NCBI GenBank assembly: GCA_963693365.1
Contig: CAVNZM010000001.1
Coordinates: 20,964,125 to 21,028,124, forward strand
Reading direction: 5' to 3'
Source of the DNA: Amoebidium appalachense
Lineage: Eukaryota > Protista > Ichthyosporea
DNA length: 64,000 bases
Shown here: piece after piece, positions 55,370-64,000 of the stretch
Numbering within the stretch: position 1 is the stretch's first letter
Layout of the letters: the number at the start of each line of letters is the position of its first letter
Translations under genes and position numbers: made by a program
Notes under the pieces: model-generated
Databases searched by the model: none
Told to the model about the DNA's origin: nothing
The model's input: only the letters and a program-made list of their open reading frames with translations

Positions 55370-56627
55370 CACAAGGCACCCCTGCGCTTAAAGCACACAC
55401 GTGCACACACGGTGACAAGCATGGCCGATACCTTATAGTGTGCATTCTTGCATCTTTTTTACGCCTGTGTACACGTTTTCTAACATTCCACCTGTTTGCC
55501 TGTACACTCGTACTTCTTTGCATACACAAGCATCATTCAACGATCAACTCCCCACACTTTCCCCAAGCACTAGTGCTTATACTTGCACAGGAACACGCAC
55601 ATGCAAAGATACCCAGAGAGACATAGTCTCTGTGTGAGTGTGTCGGGTAAATTGTCAAGAAGTTGGCGGTAAAGGGAACTTAGTAACGGTGTGTGTGTTA
55701 CTGGGGCGCACGGAGAGAGAGAGAGGAAGGGGGGGAGTAGGGTTGTGGTGTGCACACGACACTGAGCTGACAAACAACTGTTCACCATTCATTCATTCAT
55801 TTTGCCCTTCCCTGTGCTTTCATGTTTGCACTGAGTACGTTCCGATTAGAGGACTTTTTTTTTTGTGTGTGTGTGTGTGTGTGCGCGCGCGCGTCTTTTT
55901 TTGGGGGGGGGGGGGGGGGAGGGGGGGAAGGAGGGGAGAAATACGTTACAAACTTCTGTTTCAGTGAAGATGAATATGTTTGTGGTTTTGTATGTGTGTG
56001 CATCTGTGTCTTTTTTTTTTTTTTTTTGGGGGGGGGGGGGGGGGGGGAGGAAAGAGAGATAGGAGAAGGGGGGGGGGGGGGGATGGAGTCACGCTGAGAA
56101 GCAACAGAAACTGGTTGCAGCGTGGCTTAATTAAAGGTCATGGAGGGGTCGAGATAAATGACGAACTTAGTGGTGGCAGGAAGTGTGTTTGGAGGGGGCA
56201 GGTGGCTGTGGGCGCATGGCTATGTGCAGTGTGGGCCCCTTATTTATCTTTGTGGAGATGGGTGTGTGTGCCCGTGTGTTGGGCATAGGCCGGGAGGGGG
56301 GGGGGGGGGGGAGGGGGGGGGGAGTAAGGAAGCTGGGCATGTCGTGAGATTGGCGCTTGGATGCACATATCTCCCTCTCTCCCCCTCCCCCCCCCCCCCC
56401 CCCCCTCCTCCCCCCTTTGCCCTCCGGCCATAAATGCGTGCTTCTTTATGTGACACGTTCTAATCCCTCCTTCCCCCCCCCCCACACACCCACACACACA
56501 CACACAGTACTTGGTAGCACGCAAGAAGAACTTTGACGAGGCCATGCGCAAGCGACGAAAGTTTGAAGAAATCAAAAAGGAGGTGGCTGAGCTGCAGGCG
56601 GAGTTGGATGCAGAGACAAAGGCATAG
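54771..56627 (+). CDS. CMC2: COX assembly mitochondrial protein CMC2 (twin CX9C family); exons 54771-54920 and 56508-56627
   Basis: MHPNLSEHLHADC..CHAEHPLKKFFGVCNDAKLAVDKCLTEE|YLVARKKN matches the CMC2 family pattern. Confidence 0.9.
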
Positions 56628-56638
56628 ACATACACACA

Positions 56639-56677
<39 letters not shown>

Positions 56678-57195
56678 GCACCCAGTTATGGAGGTGCAAC
56701 GGGAGAATACGTACACTCTACTCAAATACACAGAAATGTATACACACACACACTCAAACCACACAAAGATATGCTATATCCGAATACAAAGAAGGCTTTT
56801 AAGAAGACCTGGTGTTAAAGGGATGATAGGCCGTAGGACCGTAGGCTATGCACCTGATTTGCGAATGACATACAGCCAATAAGCAGCAACCAAGGGCCAT
56901 CTTGATGGTGGCTAAATACAGATGTGCCACTTCAGCAGTCTGGAATCCTGCCCCTTCACAGGTATCCCAGTTCTTTTTTTCGTCACCCTTAGGACTGCCA
57001 GTTTCCCCCTCCTTTCCCGCATTCGGGTCCCAAGCGTTTGGTGAAGGGGGATGGCTCGAGCCATGGGCAGGGGTGAGGTGCTTGAGGAGTTACGTTAAGT
57101 TTAATTTAGTGCGTGTGTTGACTGTATGGGGCCTCATGATCACCAGGGGGGAAAGGGGGGGGATACTGTGCGCACAATCTGGTTGCAAGTTGCCC

Positions 57196-57227
<32 letters not shown>

Positions 57228-57416
57228 TTCCCCCACACACACACCCACCTACCCACCACCACCACGTACCCATGCATGTCGGCCCGGGCATGACATGTAC
57301 ATACACATCTTCGAACTGTGACCTGTGACGTCCAATTGATCTTCATGGCAAAAGTGTGGCTCCGGTCGACGTCGACCAGTGTCAGTTAGTTTCCGTTTGC
57401 TTATATATATGTCGAG

Positions 57417-58670
57417 CAGGGATGTACCGACTTGACTATTAGTGGTCAGTCGTAGTCACTGAAATTGTTAAGTCGTGTAGTCTAGTCGAGTCACCGGGGT
57501 GCCACTTTCGACTTCGGGCCCCTCGACTTTGGGTGGGTGGTGGTGGTGGTGGTGTGGGGGGGGGGGGGGGATGCTCATGCCATGATGTGTACATGTGGGC
57601 AGTGAAATCCTAATTATGCGCCGTGTTGTGTATGTCTTGGTCGGCCCCTGACGGGGGTGAGCGAGATCGATATCGGTATAGCACACATGCATCAATAACC
57701 ATACTAATTAGCACCGCATATGTATTTTTATGTCTGGCAACTGCAGGTCTTCAACCGCACACGTTTGGGCGTTAGAGTCATGGAATGCATGTGTGCAGAA
57801 CTCACCCCAGCATGTACACTCACCGGTAGCATGCAGCTTGCATACAAGAAGCAGATATATATGCCACTCTAATGCTTTCCAGAATTAGCGTAACGGATAT
57901 TCACAGGAGGCGTGATTGGCGCATTGTGTACATGGCGCCCACACCGTGGGTGTATACCTAGCCCCCGAGTATCCGCTTCTCGCATCGCTGGCACGGCGGT
58001 ATTTGGTAATACCAGCATCCTCTGGTGACAGTGCACGTGAAAAACTTTTCTCCCGTGCTGGTACCATAGTTTAGTGAAAAGAGAACGCGGTTGGCGTTAA
58101 CAACGGCCCGAGTGGAGCAAATTCTCTTTTGCCATGATCATGACAACCAGCACATTTTTAAATCTCTCCGACCACCTGAAAAACTAGCTCTGGGCAAGGA
58201 GGAGGGGATGGTGATGGATAAGAAGGCTAAGACTGGCAAGTGTGAGCATAAATTGGGGGGGGGGGGGGGGCAACGATGCCAGTGGCATTCGAAATCATAG
58301 TCTTTTCTAACAATGACTTTATAGAAAAAGTAGTGACACCGTGACTTCGCGGTTCAGCCAGAATTTATTATCACTTAAGGTGACCTTGCAAGCTTGTACG
58401 TGCACTGATCAAGTGTATACTATTTTTCGCTGCACTGGCGGCAGCAACGGTACCCGTGGGAATTTTTGATTAAATGTAATTACATGACCACTTCTCTTCA
58501 AGCCATACAATGGCAGTTTACTTCCCCCCCCCCCATTCATCATTTGAAGGTCGTCAGTTTAGTCGTAGTCGTTGAGAGACCCCTGACTTTAGTCGCAGTC
58601 GTAGTCAGCGAAATCCCCGAACTTGACTAGTCAAGTCGAGTCGTAGTCGGCACGGTCCGGTACAACCCTG
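57417..58670 (+). mobile_element. Internally deleted hAT DNA transposon, 1.25 kb
   Basis: TIRs CAGGGATGTACCG / CAGGGTTGTACCG; 8-bp TSD ATGTCGAG; subterminal AGTCGTAGTC repeats; hAT dimerisation-domain remnant YPLLASLARRYLVIPASS..EKLFSRAG (about 57970-58065). Confidence 0.93.
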
Positions 58671-58892
58671 ATGTCGAGCCCTGATCCTGTCAGGTAGCTT
58701 TAAAACATTGTCTAGATCTGGTGATATATGCTATATGGTTTAAAACATCGAACTAGGTTCTTTGCACTAAAGCTAAGCCTATCCAGTGCTGTTCGGTCAA
58801 AGACGGCTAAGTTATCGGCCCATGCATGCGCAGGGCCCTGTATTTGGTGCTCATGTGCGTGTGTGTGTGTCTGTGTGTGTGGACGTGCACAG

Positions 58893-59854
58893 CTATACAT
58901 TGACCAGGGTGAGCACGGACAGGCCCGTGCATGCTATGCTCAGGGCCACACCAGCCGCAGCTACATAGCGGTTGCTGATTGGCCAGTATGTGTATGGGGT
59001 GTAGGCACACACCCAGGCCCCCTGCCAGCGCTTGAGACAGTATTGCACACTCACATACTGGAACACTGTGGGGAAGGTCAGGGACAGCAGGAACCCAAAC
59101 AGGCCTGCAATGGAGAAGACTATGTCGAGACGCTTGAATATGGTGGCCAGGACCAGGGGGGGTATGGCCACGGACAGGCGGCACACAGTCTTGAGGACCT
59201 GCTCGGGGTACTTCTCCTGCACGGCCGAGGGCAGGGAGAGCACCATGTTATCTCCGATGGTGATAGTGATCAGGGGGAAGGCAGACACCACGTTGACCAC
59301 GGGGAAGAACATCACCACCAGCTGTACGATGACTGCTGCACACTTGCTGTACACCGTCACCTGGGGGCTAGGGTGAGTACAGTGTATTGGGCCTTGGGTG
59401 ACCATAAGGTTACAACCCCCCCTAATCCTCCTCTTGCGCCTACCCCCCTCCTTCCCCCCTCCCCACCCCCTTCCCCGGGGGAAGGGGGGGAAAGAGAGGG
59501 GGGGGGGGGGGAGAAGGGGAAAGTCTTCAGCATGCCAAACATTTTCCTACACTGTAAGCCGGCTACCCCTTGATGTTGCACCTATGATGTGTTCTACTGA
59601 CCTATCATCCTCAACAGCAAAGACACTCGGCCTCATCCCAGCCCTGTGCCCCCAATATCCCCCGTTTCTTTTCTGCACCCTCCAGGACCCCCCCCCTCCC
59701 CCCCCCCCCCCCCCTCTCTCTCTCTTTTTCCCCCCTCCCCTTCCCCCTTCCCCTCCCCACCTACACACACACCCTTTGCACCAATCCCCCTGCTCTACTT
59801 CTCGTGCCTCCCTCTCTCATCTCAATCCTCCCTTCCCATTCAAGCACTCTGCTT

Positions 59855-59903
<49 letters not shown>

Positions 59904-60231
59904 TCCCCCCGTCATGATCCACGCACCTCCGGGCAGTCATCCCACCCACTGCCGCAAGCAGTGAACTTTGCCCACATGAGGGATGCCAGCTGGTTGACAT
60001 CAGGCCGGTCAAAGGCAATGGCCCCCACGAGTCCCAGCACCAGATACAGACACACACTGAGGATGAGGGCACAGAACGTCACAGACCGGGCACTCTCTTT
60101 GTGTTGCATGGGCTGTAGTACATCGGGCATGTTGTAGTGGCAGTTCACAGCGACCATCGTGGCTCCAAAACCCAGTGCAAACTTGTTCCAGTTGGCAAAC
60201 CCGATAGCATCAACACGGTCCTGGGAGGGTT

Positions 60232-60316
<85 letters not shown>

Positions 60317-62187
60317 AAAAAGGGAGGGGAGGGACAAGAGTGTTCAGCCAAATGAGAAAAAGCATTCCCTATGAGCGAAAAAGGGATCCAAGCAAATACC
60401 CGGGTAGCCATGGGTGTGTGTGTCTGTCCGGGAGAGGGGGTGAGGGGGCGGGGGAGAAAGGGGGGTTGGTTGGTTTTTGTCCTTCAGTATGTTGCCAAGA
60501 GGTGGCCAAAGTAAAGAAGGACGGACCACATAGAACAGAACCGGGGCAAAACCAAAGCAGAGGCGGAGAGCGCAAGGGGCGGGTAATGTTTTGTGCTAGT
60601 GGTGTTGGTGGTGTTGGTGGGGGGGGGGTTGGTGGGGGGAGAGTGAGAGGGCGGGGGAAGGGGGCGAAGGATAGGAGAAGGGGGAAAGGAGAGGTAGGGG
60701 GGGGGGGGGGGGGTTTGAATGCGTAACACGGTACGAAGTACGCATACACGAAGGACACATGCAAAGGCAAACATTCAAGTATGCAACATCAGCCATGCGC
60801 ACAGTATGCGTCATAAGCAGAGCCCATCCTCAGGGAGGGCCCAAGTCATCAAGGGGGGGGGAGGGGAGGGAAGGGGGGGGGGCTTGTGGACCTCTTTGGC
60901 TCTTTGGTCCTCCGTTCAAAGCAGCAGCCATGCCAGTGGGTATGTGTGGGGGGTGGAGGGATTGGATTGGGGGGGGGGGGGGGGGGGGGGGTTGCCGGGG
61001 GAGGGGGGTGTTAAGTACGGAGTGGGGGTTTGAGGGGAAGGGGGGATAAGAGGGGTCGGTAGGGGGGGTAAGCCGAAAATGAGTGGGAGGTGGCGGGAGA
61101 AGAGGGTAGGAATAACTCGGTATAGAACCAGCAGCTCTGAGGTTGACTTGGACACATTCATTCTACAAAGTCCATGTGTGGAGCTGTGGTGAGAGCCACA
61201 AGGAAGCTACGTAGCACCAGAGACGTGCACCAGAGATAAAGAAAGAAGACGTGGTATAGTGCTCGCTTGTGGTATGGAAAGAAAGCGTTACTCTAACCTT
61301 GTTAAGTTAAGGAGAGAGTCAAGGAGGGGAGATCTTGTCCTTTAGAAAGAGCAACAGGTCGACCACGTCCAGATTCTTACAGATACAAAGCACTACCAAT
61401 AGCAGCATCACCTTGTAGGGCCACACCTTCTCCCTCTATCAAACACACAAGGGCTTCTTACCGCGACCTTGTCGGAGTCAAAGCCCAGCTTGACGACCAG
61501 AGTGACCAACATGACAAAGAAGGCCACTATGCGATAGCACGTCAGCACCTGCTGGATACCGGCCTGGTCCCCCACGTCCATCAGCGACAGCGTGATGACA
61601 ATAAGGGCAAACACCGCCATGCATATGTAGTAGGACAGCTCGCAGCCCGACGTGTGCTCGCCGTATATGTTGCACTCCGTGTCCCACACGTACGAGAAGA
61701 CCAGCGCAGACACGGACGAGGCAAACACGGACGAGTACGACCACAGGGACCCCAGCCCGTAGGCTGACATGGTGATCTGCGCAAACGCCCGCCCCCAGCC
61801 CCCACCAAACACGTCGCCTATGGCGGCAAAGCCGTACTTCTGGTAGGTGATGCAGTGCTTGGGCGGCTCAAGGTCGCTGCGCGCCGTAACCACACCGTGG
61901 CAGCGAGACATGATCTCCAGCGTGTAGTTCATGGTTATTAGCGCATACAGCCCCCCCGCGACAAGAAACAGCGCGGTAAGGCCCAGGCCGGAGGTGCTAA
62001 AGGCGTAGGGCAGGCCGAAGCATCCTGTGCCTATGATGCAGTTGAGCGCCACGGCCAGCGTAGTCAGCGAGTTGTACGTCTTAAGCCCCAGTGCCCGCGC
62101 CTCCCTTTCCGTGCCCTCGTCCTCCGGCTGCACGTGTGGCTCCAGCAGAGGCTGGCTCTCGCTTGGCCGCCGCGTGATTTCTGTCAT
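58893..62187 (-). CDS. Transmembrane amino-acid transporter family (Aa_trans, TMEM104-like); exons 62187-61462, 60220-59927, 59360-58893
   Basis: NCIIGTGCFGLPYAF, FGATMVAVNCHYNMP and SAFPLITITIGDN with many hydrophobic helices; phase-0 introns. Confidence 0.9.
60714..60852 (-). repeat. 5'-truncated copy of the structured intronic repeat, in intron 1 of the transporter gene
   Basis: Matches about 23672-23826 with a short internal deletion; G-runs on both sides. Confidence 0.85.
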
Positions 62188-62982
62188 GGTTGCGCGTAGA
62201 AAATGACAGTGTGCGTGCGTGCGTGTGTGTGTATGTGTGCGCCACCGTTGTTGTAAGGGCTATGAGTTAACTTACAAAATAGCCTGTTCAAATCAAGACT
62301 TCTGCTTCAAGTCGGCAAATTTAGTTTTCGGGAAAGATTTATCAGTTGGTAGGCATGCGCCCCAAGTTCAACTTTTTACGGTACCAAGGAAAGTCCAAAA
62401 GGTAGATCAAAATTGTTTTTAGTGGGGGCACAAATGGAAGAAATATGAAGATTTTGATTGGCGGATGCAGCACCAGGTGTGCGATTGGGTAGACCAATCA
62501 GTTGCTTTACTCCTACACCATATGTGGTTAAAGATCTGGCAGTGTGACCCCTGGAGCGAGACGCTCCACATTCAGCTTCCCTACCGTCTCGCGGAGTTCA
62601 GTCACCAACACAAACATAACTATTTTAACGAGTTCGTTGTGCAGTTCATTAAAAAAGGTTGCTGATATCTATTGAGTTTCTGGCGACAGAGTGTAGCGAA
62701 GTGGAGGACACCAAGACCATGTCTTTTCAATGCCACAGTTCCTGTCGTGACGACGGGCCGGCGCTGGCAGGCGTGCCTGCTTGCGCCGCACTCACGATGC
62801 CATATATTTTTTGGTAAACTGTCTCATCTTACAGGTTTATCTCAGCTCACCAGAACAGCTAACGCACATGCATGTGTACACGCCCTTTCCACCACAGTTG
62901 ATCAGGCTACGCACGTCGCCACCATCCACTTTCACTCTAAAATACGTTTCTTGCTTCGCGCCTGCGCACACACGTGTATTTC

Positions 62983-63034
<52 letters not shown>

Positions 63035-63049
63035 CATCCCCCCCTTTCC

Positions 63050-63365
63050 TCGCAAGAATTATTCTGCAAAAGCGGAATTATTCTGCAAAGCAGATTTGTT
63101 CTGCAAAAGCAGATTCACTCTGCTTTTAGCAAAATTATTCTGCTTTTGGCAGAAATATTCCACATCAAGCAGAATTATTCTGCTTCCGACAGCAAAATAA
63201 TTCTGCTTTTAGCAGAATAATTCTACTTTTAGCAGAATGATCTGCTTTAAGCAGATTGATTCTGCTTTTAGCAGATTCAACTGCTGTCTACAGAATGATT
63301 CGGCGTTTAGCAGAATGATTCTGCTTTTTAGAGAATAATTTGCCTTTTGCAGAATAATTCTGCTC
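63050..63365. repeat. Foldback/MITE-like element built from short self-complementary repeats
   Basis: About 30-bp imperfect terminal inverted repeats (AGAATTATTCTGCAAAAG..) and many TTCTGC/GCAGAA(T) units in both orientations. Confidence 0.7.
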
Positions 63366-64000
63366 GGAGCAAATTGACTCAGCCGATGTGGTTAAGCACT
63401 TCGTTAGTTAGTGTGTCGTGAGGGGGGGAAGGGCCGGGGGAGGGAGGGGTTCATATTTTTTCTTATTATTTGCAGGATAATTGGCGTGTGGGTGGATACT
63501 TCCATTTAAATTTTGCTGGCCTGGGGGTAGGTTCTGCACAAATTCAGTCAGTTGGGCATAGTATTACAGGAGCAGGCAAATCCCTCTTTGCCCGCTGACT
63601 ATGCAGGGGCTTCAATCACCGTCAAAGAGCACCAACTAACTATGCGAGCAACTGCAGACACATGCACATGAGCCACACGGGGCACAGCCACCAGACCACG
63701 TGCACGTGCCTGCACATTTGAATACATGGGTCATCATATGTACATCATCACACCCTCCTAATGCGCCTGCATACACAGCTGCATTCACCTTGATGTGACT
63801 GCCTACCCTCACTATCATTACTGTCCTGTGGTGGTCTACCAACCACCACAGGCATACATCCTTGTATCCTAGTTATGCCAGCATGCCTGGCGCAAAAACC
63901 AGCTGTATACAACACTATATCCTAGTATTTACATAACTGACTTCTGACTTCTGTCCACGGCCATACTCCGACTACCCACCACCACAGCCACTCACCACCT

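Overview
Intron-rich, microsatellite-rich nuclear DNA from a microbial eukaryote; the taxon cannot be fixed from sequence alone. Most ORF-track entries are translations of (CA)n, (CT)n and poly-G/C tracts. Splicing GT-AG exons by hand recovers seven genes: an RNA polymerase I A34/RPA34-like subunit (-), a 21-exon Deg10-type HtrA serine protease (+), a protein with ten C-x-H-x6-C-x2-C repeats (-), a GT32 DXD glycosyltransferase (-), an uncharacterised protein with three winged-helix-like repeats (-), CMC2 (+) and a TMEM104/Aa_trans-like transporter (-). Mobile DNA comprises two Ty1/copia fragments, two degraded non-LTR retroelements, two TA-flanked pogo/Tc1-like elements, a hAT derivative and a 39-bp TIR-only hAT remnant. 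The most intriguing signals are (1) a structured intronic repeat family, always in host-sense orientation and carrying C/D-box-like motifs, (2) a 48-bp minisatellite made of about 18 copies of a 3' splice site in which every decoy copy leads to a stop, and (3) a covarying hairpin array in a copia 3' UTR. All coordinates were counted by hand and family assignments come from motif recognition, not database searches.
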